Below are positions 12,999 through 24,611 of a DNA stretch of 64,000 nucleotides, piece after piece (the first letter of the stretch is position 1; every line of letters starts with the position of its first letter). Below the pieces are notes generated by a model. That model was not told the DNA's origin. It was given only the letters and a program-made list of their open reading frames with translations, and did not search any database. A program made the translations under genes and the position numbers. This stretch comes from Styela clava (taxonomy: Eukaryota), in contig NC_135258.1 in NCBI RefSeq assembly GCF_964204865.1, positions 17,024,916 to 17,088,915 on the forward strand. The letters run 5' to 3'.

Positions 12999-13852
12999 GT
13001 GCATTTTTTTTTGATTTATCATACGAATCTTAAGGCTTTTACTTTGGGTAAAATTGTATTTTAAGAATTTTAATTCAATTCAAGAATTGCATTCAAAAGA
13101 TGATACGTAGTCCACACAATTTCACATCCATGTTATTTCACTTTTTCTGAATTTTCAAACGATTTTGTTGCAAAAATCTTATCTCTTGACTCAATTTGGG
13201 GTATATTTACGTATATGTATTGAGCAATTACCCATGATATTGTTCTTGTCCAGCTATATAGCTAATTAATCCCATAATAATACCCACTATGGAGACGGAT
13301 GGCATATCTATCCCTATGATAATGAACATCTTTTTTCATATCTCAAGTTCATTTAAGATTATTTCTTAAAGTTGCGCATAATTATTGCTGCAGTATCTGA
13401 ATGCGACTTTCTATTATACTATTCCATTGTAAAAAATTTTTCTGCAAAAATGAAAATTTGTGGCAAACTGAACACTTTTATATTTTATTTTTGGTGTTTG
13501 ATTTGGCAGCGAAAAATCACTTTTACACTTTTATTTTTGTGCATGCTTTTTATTACCAATATATGAAAAAAGAACCTTAGTTTTATCATTTTAAACAATA
13601 TGTCATCTTCAAAATATAACAGTATATTCATATCTGCACTGATTTTGTGATAAAATAGGTTTTTTCATTGCAACATGAATAAATTTAAAATATTCATTGC
13701 CAAATAATTACAACCCTAATTTTACACTACATTATATTGACATCCCCATTTTGAGTTATTTTTCTTATGAAGGCTTATGGTTAAGCTATATTGCTGCAGT
13801 CCTTTTCCCTCCATCTTTAATGTGTTTGAACAACCTTTTTTAACCCACACAG

Positions 13853-14008
13853 GAACGTTTAGAAAAAGAGAAAAATTTGACCAAAAACTTGGGCCAAGCT
13901 GCAACTAAACTACAGACAGTATTGAAGCAGACCCAGGAACAGTTGAACGAAGAGAGAGAGAAAAATAGTGGACTACAGAAAAAGGTCGTCGGTGAAAATG
14001 ACATGAAG
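13853..14008 (+). CDS. coiled-coil protein exon; ERLEKEKNLTKNLGQAATKLQTVLKQTQEQLNEEREKNSGLQKKVVGENDMK
   Basis: acceptor cccacacag|, donor |gtataa. Confidence 0.55.
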
Positions 14009-16024
14009 GTATAAAGAGTTTTTCAAACGCATATGATACAAAATTAGGTTTTAACAGCAGTTTCAGCTTACTATATTTGGAAATTTTCATGACGAATTGC
14101 TTCCTTTTGTTTTTTCTGAATTTTTACATTTTGGTAACATTTTATTAAACATCCTATGTTTCTCAAACTTGTGATTTCAAATTTGCCATTCCACACAATA
14201 CAACCAATGTTCTATCTGCTGAAATTTGAGTTCTGTCGATTAGATAAAAGGAATTGCATGTTATTTCAAATTAATTACATTTATTGAATTATTCGAAATG
14301 AAATTTTTGTCCCCATAATATGAGGGCTTGGACCCAAAAACGGTGTAACTTAAAAGCTGCTTTAGAAAATGAGCTGAAATATATTTTTGATTGGAAAACT
14401 TCTGTAACTTTGCTCATTTGAATTCTTTGGTGAATACTGCTTCGAAAAACTATGATCAGATACCAGCTTAAAGAGAAATTGTTTTATCAGAATATTTTCA
14501 GAATTTTATAAAATTTTGACATTTGCCCTTGTGTTTCAAAAGAATACTCAATTTGTATCGATTGTATTGTATTGACTTTGTGTTTTGAAAGAATACTCAA
14601 TTAGTATCTTGTCCAAAGAATTTGGTCTTTTGATCTTCAGTTATTCTATATAGTAATTTTCATCTATCAATTTGGATGTCTAAAACTTTATGGACTAATT
14701 TGTTAATTAACTAATTGTAGTTTTGATAAATTTTATTTATCATTCATTTCAGAATTAGTCTACAATCAGAGGTACGAAATGCGTGCAATAGTAGTTTTGA
14801 TAACATAGTTGATTAATATAGTTTTGTAGCAATTTGCATGAAATCATTAATTTTAGATCATTTTTAAACTGGTCGGTGAGATTTCAACTCAAGAGATAAT
14901 TTTGTACATTTTTATTTTAGTATTTTTCAACCAAATTTTATTGTATTTTTTAGCAATAATGTTAACCCATTGCAATAATTGAAGATTTTTGCATTTTTGT
15001 GATCTGTTTTAAACTAATAGCAATTTTGCTGCACATTTTAAGTAAATCATGACTGACCAGGGAGAAATGCATATTCCCATATGGGAAGCCAGAACTCGGT
15101 AATGTCTTTACATTTCTTGCTTCTCAAAGTTCACCGGCTACATTTTAAAATCATATTGTGGATTTTAGTATCGTATTGAGCATTTCATTTGAATGTTTTT
15201 TACTTCAATTGAATGCAAAGAAGCAATAGAATTTCTTAAAATAATTTTTGACAACACTTTTGCATCAATGAGGTCACCTGTATCAGACTGAGCAATAATA
15301 CCACTATACTTAAAATAGTTGATAACCTGATTGTAGTTGGTTTTAAGCTAATTTAAAACTAAGTTTTAAACTAACATAGGTAATGTGGTTCTTGACATAT
15401 CCTCTACTCACACACGAGTTGAATATTCAAATAAGTTTAAAACTAGTTGTGCTCGATATCGTTATTTTGCAACTCAAGTACTAGTTTAGAATATCTTCAT
15501 TTGATTTGCTTAATTGGCATTTGATGGCCAGGCAGAAAGTTATTTTCTATATAAAACTTAGAGCTGAAACGACACCCATCTAGTCTTTTTTTGCACTGCA
15601 ATGAGTACCCCCTACACAAATATACGATGCTTTATGTGATTTCTCTGTTGAGCATGATGCAATTGAGAAAAAAATATCGAATTTCATATTTGAAAATATT
15701 ATTTCGGGGTGTATTGAAATGGTAAATTATTTTGTATTCATCCTAGTTGATTCATTTATTCTGTATTTACTTCGGACTGATATTGCTTGTATTACTCGTA
15801 TCTTTTTACAAAATTTCTGCATTGTCTATACTTTTATTTTCACAGAAAACATCTTTTCCAGTTTCTCAAAGAGCAAATTTTGAAAAATAAATATTTTATT
15901 CATTGATTCTTAATGTCGTTCAACTATTGCTATTCAAAATATGACCCCATTTTTTAGTGTTAAATGTTGTATTTGACAAGAAAAATTGATGTTGGTTGTT
16001 AATGGCTTCTGTTTTTACTTTCAG

Positions 16025-16084
16025 GAAAATTCTCAAATGACAATCAACACTGATGACAATGCTGCTGACGGAACATGTGTTTAA
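16025..16084 (+). CDS. coiled-coil protein terminal exon; ENSQMTINTDDNAADGTCV*
   Basis: acceptor tttactttcag|; TAA stop at 16082-16084; phase 0 continuity with previous exon. Confidence 0.45.
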   Translation, partial: ENSQMTINTDDNAADGTCV

Positions 16085-18944
16085 ATTTTATCGTATTCTT
16101 CTTCCAAACATAGAATAGAACTACACGATTAGAAAAACTTGATTGTAATTAATATCGCTTGTAGAAATATCAGTTTGCTTACGTTTTGCGGTAGTACTAA
16201 AATCATGTATTGATTAGTGATTAGATTAAAAAAGAAGTGTATTAAATGTGCTGCTCTGAAATTAAATTGCCCCCATGTTTGTGTGACAATTATATCCAAT
16301 TATGGAATTCAATCGTTCACAGACGGGGCTCCTGGAATATCTTGATAATCATCGAAACTTTTGCTTTAAAACGACATGGTTTTCTGAAATGAGGAAATAT
16401 GTTGTTAGTGAGTTCAAAACAAATGAGAAACTTTTGAATCCCATCACTAATTATATCCTATGTGCATCCTTAGTATACAGTTGCCTGAGCCTGATCCATT
16501 TTCCTAATTATGTTTGGTCACCAAAAATATTTTTGACCACTGATCTATATCATTTAAGTATTGAAAAGGGAGAATCTGAAAACCGCTTAGCGTTTTTCAA
16601 AGGATTTTGAAATTTTTTAGAAGTGGGTGGTGTGTGTTTATGTGACACGACATTTTTGTTCTTACTTGCTTCTTGTTTATTAAATTTAACTTATGTTTTC
16701 CCTTATATATAGAGAAGGCCTCGAATCATAGGTGAGGTGTGCAAATATACTTGATGCTAATGCCTTGCCAATTTTATGAATTTATTCAGCAAGTCCGCAA
16801 TTACATTAGCTCTGATTACATGATTCATTTATGCTTTTATTATGTGGAAGCTTTCTGGATTGTCTTCTGTTGAGTGTTAGTTATCTAACACTAACCTCTT
16901 CATTTATGACTGTTATGGGGATAAATTCAAAAATTGCGTCATTCTCACTTTTGCCTTTTAGAAAACAAGGGTTTATTTTAAACGTGCATGATGTGATTCA
17001 GTCAGCAATTTGTTAAAAAGTCTTTGTTTGACTCCAATATTAGGATAAAAGTATACTTATCAGAATGCTGTAAAGATAACTTGGGTACACATGTTATCTT
17101 TAAACTTAAGTTACATCAAAACAAAAATTATAGAAGATATGTACGAGTAGTCTGTTTCATTTCAATTTTTGGGATAATTTGCATAAGAAATCCATCACTT
17201 ATACTATCCTAATAGGAACATTTAATTGTTTCTATTAAAACCATTGATCATCGGGTAAATCATATGAATGTTCTAAAATAAAAAGAACTTTTTGTTCTGT
17301 ATAGCCATATCATGGTTAGAAATTCCAGTTCATTAGTATTTTCTCATCATTTGTTTGTATATATTGTTCTTCTCTTAGATTTACCATTCTACATATGGAG
17401 GCTTAAAATTTATCTGTTTAATATCAAGTGTAGCTTTTGGATTAGTATGCTTCATATCAATTAGTTGGGCCCTAAAAGCCATATTTAAGTAGTTTTGAAC
17501 TTAAATTTTATTTATTAGGGGATATTACCAGAATATATAGATCATATCGATGCATTGAAATAGGTTGAGTGTCAGTACCTACGTATAGTTCACTTTTTTT
17601 TTAGCTTCCAATCAGATGTATTTTGTTCACCGTGTTTAATCCACCACGACCCTCTGTGAAATAAGTCATTGTCATCTTTACCTTAGCTCCGTGTAGCAAA
17701 ACAGTAATTATTTTTTGTTATTGTTAAGTTTCATGGTATTTCAAGCGAATTTTTCTGTTGTTTTTTTGCTTTCACATATAATCTACATTTTTTTTCCAAT
17801 AAATACATTATTAATATAATACTGAATATAAAAGAATGTTAATACCAGACTTATTATATATTGCCTGTACTTTCAGAAATTCATCATTAGAAAATATGAC
17901 ACTTCATGAAAAACTGTATTGACCGTCTATAAATTAGCGGCAAGGGAAGCATTCATGCGGCTGGGAAATACCACAATAGATTTCAGACTCTGGGTTAAAA
18001 CAATTTTGACTTCGACTCCCCAGTTTGTAAAAGTTTGACTAGAATAATAAAAACTTTTGTGCATGCATGGCTTCTGTCATAGCCTGATTGTTGAAAAGGC
18101 TTAGTAAACTTTTTGTGTTTCCATAGGGAGTAAAATTTAAAATTGACCTTTATTACTAACCCAATAGTTTTCACTGCTCTATATAGATAATAAAAAATTA
18201 TCCTTCAGGCTGAATTTAAATTACTAACAAATTTTTCGTGCTTTATGGGATGATTCTTGAAGTTTTATTAAGTATATGATGAATTTCTGGATTGTATTAA
18301 AATTTTCATGTAAATGAGGTGAAGTATTCCACTTATAATTAAAAAATTGAATGACTTTTTTTCTTGCTATTATATCAGTTTCTATGGCCTATTCCAATAC
18401 CTTACATTGCTTTTAAGAATAAACATTCCCTCTTAACTGAAATTTATGCTTGTTTTGCTTAAAAAATTGGTTGTTCTTAGTCTAGTTGTGTTGAATTAGC
18501 TAGATGTCGATATGTTCAATGATTCTCATAATCACTTATTCAATCCTGTGTTGATTTTTTTGTTGCTTTAATAACCCATATCTAATTACTAATACAACAG
18601 GGTAAAGCTATGATTATTTTAACATCTCGTACTAAATAATTTTAATACAAAGATGGTTCATATTTTCGGTTTCCATCTGATTTATCTGTAGTTAAATTGA
18701 AACCATGTATGCTAATATTATTTGCTTGCAACTGTTACATTCTTTTTGATTTTGATGCGTTAACTGTCGCTAAAACTACCATTAGATTTCATTGCTGAAA
18801 ATATTTCAATAAAAACTGAAAAGGGCAATAAGTTTGTGCAATTGTATGGATCGTGCAGGTTCGGTAGTATGGCAAATTACAGTGATCCTGTAACCAATCA
18901 GTGTCCGTAAATAGTTAACCAGCTTCTTGTGTCAAATGCATGGA

Positions 18945-19085
18945 GTTGATGGCAGGAGAAGCTGTGAGCTCACACATATTTATTCCTATGGGATTCGAAC
19001 CCACTCAAGGTAGTCAGAGGTGTGGTGTGTGGTGACATGCATATTCCTAAGCTTCGCACAATGCGATAGCCTGACTATACTTTCT
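18945..19085 (-). mobile_element. tRNA-derived SINE family 2
   Basis: reverse complement GCGAAGCTTAGGAATATGCATGTCACC...GAGTGGGTTCGAATCCCATAGG (canonical T-arm GGTTCGAATCC); second copy at 37600-37745. Confidence 0.5.
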
Positions 19086-20179
19086 GCAACATTATTAGTT
19101 CTTGGATGTGTAAGTGAATGCAAAAATTCTAGAATACACCCTCACAGATAAAAGCAGTGCATGGCAACTTCAGGAACACGGAGATGTCACAAGAAGATTG
19201 TGACCCATGCGCTTTGTATGCTAAGATTGAAAAAATAGTCAAATGAGAACATGTTCTTGTGGTCCAGGATAACATAACAGAACAAATTAAGGGCAACTCT
19301 TGACCTATCATAGTTTATTTGGCCCGTTTGAGCCAGTTGAAAAGGGTATTCGGCGCTTTCACACGAATCTCCATTATCCTCCAATTTTGAGTGCACTTTG
19401 AATGTGAAGCATTGTTTATGTTAGGGACTATTTGTACACAATTGACTGGTTTTTATAAGGGGTCCCAACACTTTCGGTGTGAACAGTCGGTTTCAAGTCA
19501 CAGTTCTAGAGAATCATGCACCAGAGGAACAGGTTTGGGCTTGAATCTTTAACAATTAATGCCATGCTCATCCCGCTATATATTTCAAATCAACTATTTT
19601 GGCTAGAATGTACACAACTCTACCGCATTTGTTTTCTCATCTGTTCTGGCATCACATGCCCGCCCAATCATTTAATAGAAAAAGTTTATTCATTGTATTT
19701 TTGAAATTTAAAGACGAATTTTACCTTTGTAGCAAACGGGTTCTACTACAAGTATTCACAATAACATGCATAATGAAAGTCTTTATAACTTATAGATTTC
19801 GTTCAATGGAGCAGTTATATGGTTGAATCATCGTTCATCAACATTGCGTACCTATTTGATATGGGATTCCTAGCATATATTTCCTAAAAATTTGGTGAAA
19901 CATACCATAATAAATGTCAATATACAAGAGCTTATAGGTGTAGAGCTTGCAACAAAGATTTGGTTTGTTAATGAAAAAAGCTGGTAAAAATAGTAACACA
20001 AAATCTTTAGCAACAAGCACACAACCCTGTCCGATTCCATAGGCTTTGTCAGTTCTTATTAGTGAGAGGTCCTCATGGATTCATGTTGGTCGTTTTGATG
20101 ACCAAAAGATGTTTCATTCACCTTGTGCATGTATCGATGTATGATTGCATTCAAGTATTGCACAATTTGATGGAATAGA

Positions 20180-20297
20180 TTACAATTGAGTCCATCGATG
20201 ACCACATTGTGGGTTTGTGCAAACAAAATAAAGTCTCATGCCTTCCTCTGCTCTTGTTGATTGAGATTGGAAGAATACAGCTTCTTTATGCTGACAT
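20180..20297 (-). CDS. POLR2I: RNA polymerase II subunit RPB9, exon 4 (C-terminal zinc ribbon); (K)[38 protein letters not shown]
   Basis: translation aligns with the RPB9 C-terminus as recalled from memory (not database-checked): [40 protein letters not shown]; acceptor tttttcag on the - strand; TAA stop. Confidence 0.75.
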
Positions 20298-20968
20298 CTG
20301 AAAAATATAAAATGGAAAAGGATAGAAGCAAAGTGAAAGAATAATCAGGTCTCTCATCAACTTTAGTTGCCTAGCCATAACTATCACAAGAGTATTATCT
20401 TTCTACTGTTTTTTTCTTCTGATGACAACTTTAGACCATAAACTTGAACCTAATAAAGCATTATCCGCTTACAAACAAATTTGTATAAATATTTTTTTGT
20501 GAGCTGGTTCGAAACTAAAATCTTTCACGGCTTACAAAACACCACAAATCTTCTGCAATTAAATTTGGTCTTGACTCATTTATTTAGCAATGATAGCTTC
20601 GAGCTTGTTTTGATACAAGCAGATGCTCCCTCCCACATTTTAATACCACAAGCATTGGAAAATCAGACAATTGAATTTCTTTTCCATAAAACACCTGGCA
20701 GAAAATAGGTTGGTAGGCAGTAACAAACTGTGATACAGAATTATTGTTAGATTGTACAACTTATCGCATCTACGTATAGATACGTACCATTTCTGCATAT
20801 CTGATAATAAATCCTAATTATTAGATGAACAGCAGATCTGCAAGATATGCTATGACATTCATAAAGATGTATAAAAGCCTACCTTATGATCGATGGATCT
20901 AATCCAATCAAAAACACGGTAATTATAAGAAAAAAAATTTGAAATATACATTGTAACTATAAACTAAC

Positions 20969-21117
20969 TTGGGACATGAATGATCCTTTGTTCGTGGCAA
21001 AGTTGGATCTTGTGCTACATCAGCAATGATTTGTGTTAATTCATCAACTTCATGGACAATCTTATTTACATAAATACATGCATTGTCAGCTTCCATTTGA
21101 AAGTCACAGTTACGACA
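20969..21117 (-). CDS. POLR2I: RPB9 exon 3; [49 protein letters not shown](K)
   Basis: near-identical to the RPB9 sequence as recalled from memory (not database-checked): [49 protein letters not shown]; acceptor ctttcag, donor gttagt. Confidence 0.75.
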
Positions 21118-21662
21118 CTGAAAGAGAACATAAGGCTCAGTTAAATATAAAACTTGAACTAAACTTCTTCAAAAATCATTAACAACTGATATGATTTCTT
21201 GATTTTGTGGGATATTAAACAAACAATTTCAGGTGCACATTGTAAAACCAGAATGTTTACTCAGTGATTCCCAACCCCAGGACCGTGGACTCGTACATAA
21301 AAGCCTTGTTGAGCCTTGAACCTTGTCGAGGTTGCGAAGATATCAGGAAAAAAAAGCAATAAGCACAAAGCTTAGGGGTTTGAAAAAACATTAACTTCTA
21401 AATGGTATTTATCGTATGTAATAATCTCAAATAATAAACAAACTTGGTAAAATCAACGTTTGTATAATTTTCATGTCTTGAGTCGGCTGCGATTCATTTC
21501 ATTTCAAAAATGGTTCATGCCCAAAAAAGTTTGGGAATGTGCAAGTGCAACTTCATCTACTGGGTTAAATAATAATATTCATTTCAAGTAAGGAGTACAC
21601 GGACATAGGTAGTTCGAAAAGAATTATCCTATATCTATATTCTATTCATTAGCTTATCTCAC

Positions 21663-21717
21663 TGAGTAGAGTAGAATTCTGTTCTGCTTGTCTTCTTTTG
21701 GATAGAGCATGTTGTTG
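21663..21717 (-). CDS. POLR2I: RPB9 exon 2; (C)NNMLYPKEDKQNRILLYS
   Basis: matches RPB9 CNNMLYPKEDKENRILLYA (recalled from memory, not database-checked); acceptor tttttag, donor gtgaga; phase 2 in, phase 0 out. Confidence 0.7.
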
Positions 21718-22402
21718 CTAAAAAGTTGTAATATTAATTTAGTAACAATTTAATGAGACGCACTAATATATGTCTGTATTCATCATTTGAAAAGCATAGA
21801 ATTATATCTCCTGATCTCAGAAATTGCAAATGACAAAGCCAACCACCGTCAGATGTGGTTCATTTGAGTGTATTTGCATATGTCTGTATGTAAAAATTTT
21901 TTATCCACTTCAAAGCAGGTGGCGTATCAAAACGAATTTTGCATATAGTATTCCTAATCCCCACCTGAATATGCCATCCAAAAATTACGTCATTAGGAAG
22001 TCATCATCAGAGCTTGCCAAAGCATAACTACGATCGCCCGAAATGGCATCTGCGCCTCAGATAACAAACTTGCTAGCGCCGACGAACTCTCTCATATCGT
22101 GATCATTGCGACGAGAAAAATGGATTGCTCGATTTCGAGTGATTGTCTGCACGTTTTGGACGACCATCCTCATACTTTGGTGGGCCTTATTACGCCACTG
22201 TGAATTCGCAAGGACGTGATTTTCTGGTGACGTAGTCAGGTGGGGGTTAGAAATGACATATGCAAAAATTGTTGAGCCAGGCCAACTAGAAGTGCATGTA
22301 GTACTAAACTATTCCAGACCCAATATGCCAACGCTTACACACAACCCAACTAACAGACTAAACTGTAGGAACTGGGAAAAGATTTAGACATTGTAAACTC
22401 AC

Positions 22403-22464
22403 CATTCTTGACAAAATTTGATTCCAACAAAACCAGGTCCTTTTTGGTTAACGTGCTCTTGCAT
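22403..22464 (-). CDS. POLR2I: RPB9 exon 1 with start codon; MQEHVNQKGPGFVGIKFCQE(C)
   Basis: matches RPB9 N-terminus ...EPGFVGIRFCQEC (recalled from memory, not database-checked); donor gtgagt; ends phase 2, completed to Cys by exon 2. Confidence 0.65.
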
Positions 22465-22614
22465 TTTGATGACGAGCTGCACAATTATGCTCCAGAAATA
22501 CAGAAATATGATTTGTAGCGAACAGACAATGAACACACAAGACAGGCGGACAAAACCGAACAATATGTAAATTGTGAGGCGCTAAAGAGCAGTACCGGCA
22601 CATCATACACAGTA

Positions 22615-22626
22615 GGGGAATTCCCG
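22615..22626. promoter_or_regulatory. palindromic kappaB-like site GGGGAATTCCC ~150 bp upstream of the POLR2I start codon, embedded in a longer imperfect palindrome (ggggaattcccgttgtcaacggaattgacc)
   Basis: exact match to the GGGRNWYYCC consensus; position in the divergent POLR2I/PNKP promoter region. Confidence 0.3.
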
Positions 22627-23580
22627 TTGTCAACGGAATTGACCTATGTCGTTATGATTTACCGGGAAAAGATTCGCATTTATTACTAGTACAGTATAAG
22701 TTTATTTCGACTCCAAAATCAGCACGACAGAATGAGATTTGTAATATTTTTTTTTTTACATTGTTACTCGAACACCTTACGAAAGATGGCGCAATGATCA
22801 TTGTGATGTCCGGACGTTGACATTTCAGCATTTGCTGATTCAGGTGCTGGCCGGTTAGAGAAAATTTCATACTGGATTGTCAACATTGGATTTCATATGT
22901 ATATTTAATGGTTTGTATAACTGTTTTATTTTTTCTATAAATAATTCGCACTCAATAGGGTTGTTAAACGTGTCATCGCCTTTCCTCGGGGCTCCCTAAA
23001 ACAGTAATATTTTTTTAGACACCATTGTGGGCACTATGATTTTTTTTTCAGTAGTTTATTAAGATTTCGGTCTCTTGAATAAACATGTGCATTTCTATAT
23101 CGCATGGAACAATAATATATGGTTGTATAAGTAGGATCAAACTTCCCAACTTTATGAGGCAGACTATAATCAATTTGCCAATGGTAAAATATGGCAACCC
23201 TGAGCAGAAAATCAAGCACTCTTGAAATTTCAGGCACTTTGAAAAAACATAATTTCCATCATTTCTGCTTTCTTTATTTTTGATTTTTCTGCTTTAAAGT
23301 AATCATTAACATTAGGACATATCTAGGTATTTACAAAGTGCCTGAAGTTTCACGAGTGCCTCTTTTTGTATTGAGTGTTGCCATATTTTACTATTGAAAA
23401 ATTAATTATACCTTATTAAATTGAAAAATTGCATTTTTTTAATGTACAATTTCATTCAAGGTCTAATAAAACTTAACCCCAATGAACTACGAAAAAAAAA
23501 AGAAAAAAAAAATTAATGTGCCTGAAAAAGTGCCTGAACTCTTATGTTTATAAAAAGGAATTGAATTTTTTGAGGGCTCG

Positions 23581-24262
23581 TTAACCCTTTCAATGCGATT
23601 TTTATTTTTTATTAAATAATCGTATTTGCTACGCTGATTTTATGCATTTGTACCCCCACAACTAATCGATCGACTAATGAAAAACTAATGATCCTCTGCT
23701 GCCCACTGACGACTCGTTAGAAAGCTTATTTAAAGAGCTTGCAGTTGGCGATTAAAAAAAAAAGTTTTTTAAAATGTGGTGGTCTGAGTCACAAACCGGA
23801 TAGAAAAAGGGCATTTTTTTTTCTTGGGAGTTGAAACTTCAAACCGTGATAAAAAAATAGAAATATTAGCTAAACCCTTTACTGTTACCGCTTCGTGGTT
23901 GGCAAACAATAGCATAATATTGCTGTAGCAATTTCGTGATCTAACTCAAAATCCTTTGGTAGATGGAAGGGATAATATGTCTTCTATTACCACCCAAAAA
24001 ACACAGAAATTTGCATAAATTTCAAAATCACTCCCTCGTTCCGCCGCAAATAAAATTCCCGTTGTAAACAAAAGCGAGATTTATCGTCGCTTATGTTAAT
24101 CTCGAAGAAGACTTCTTATCAATAAACTAAAACCCGGATAAACTAGACCAACAATTTGCGACCGATTGCTAAATAAAACTATGGGTAACTTGAAGTACCC
24201 GCCGTGATCTAGCGAGTTTTGTCGTTGGTACGTATACGTGCCCACCGCCTGGAAAGGGTTAA
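23581..24262. mobile_element. candidate TTAA-flanked (piggyBac-like) nonautonomous element with short TIR CCCTTTC
   Basis: TTAACCCTTTCAATG at 23581 and its inverted complement CCTGGAAAGGGTTAA at 24248-24262; a 12-bp inverted match alone is not statistically compelling. Confidence 0.2.
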
Positions 24263-24611
24263 CAGGCTTAAATTTAAAAAATATTTTTTCACTACAATAA
24301 TAATGACATAATATGTTTCAATTGAGCTCTTGATGGAATGCAATAATACGAGTTAAACATAAAAAAAACATAACTTTTGTTGACCTTATAGGCTATGAAC
24401 AAATAATTGTAATTGATTGCGTGCCTCATCCTAATAAGAATTTTCTTTAGGGGTCGGTCGATCTTGTTAACCTTGCAGTCTTACCCGCCCCTTTGCGATT
24501 ATATTTCATGATTACTGTTTATTCTTTTTACTGCAATGTGTACATTGATGATAAATTCGGAAATAAATTATTATCACTCTCTCATTATAGGGTCATAGAT
24601 AATTCTGTATA

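Noticed and set aside
16302-16610. The 102-aa + strand ORF just downstream of the coiled-coil gene stop
   Set aside because: It has no recognisable domain or splice context and lies in the probable 3' UTR. It is likely a chance ORF.
22652-22870. The - strand ORF with FVRCSSNN as a possible RPB9 N-terminal exon
   Set aside because: It has no CxxC zinc-ribbon pattern. The true exon 1 (MQEHVNQKGPGFVGIKFCQE + GTGAGT) is at 22464-22403 and exon 2 is at 21717-21663.
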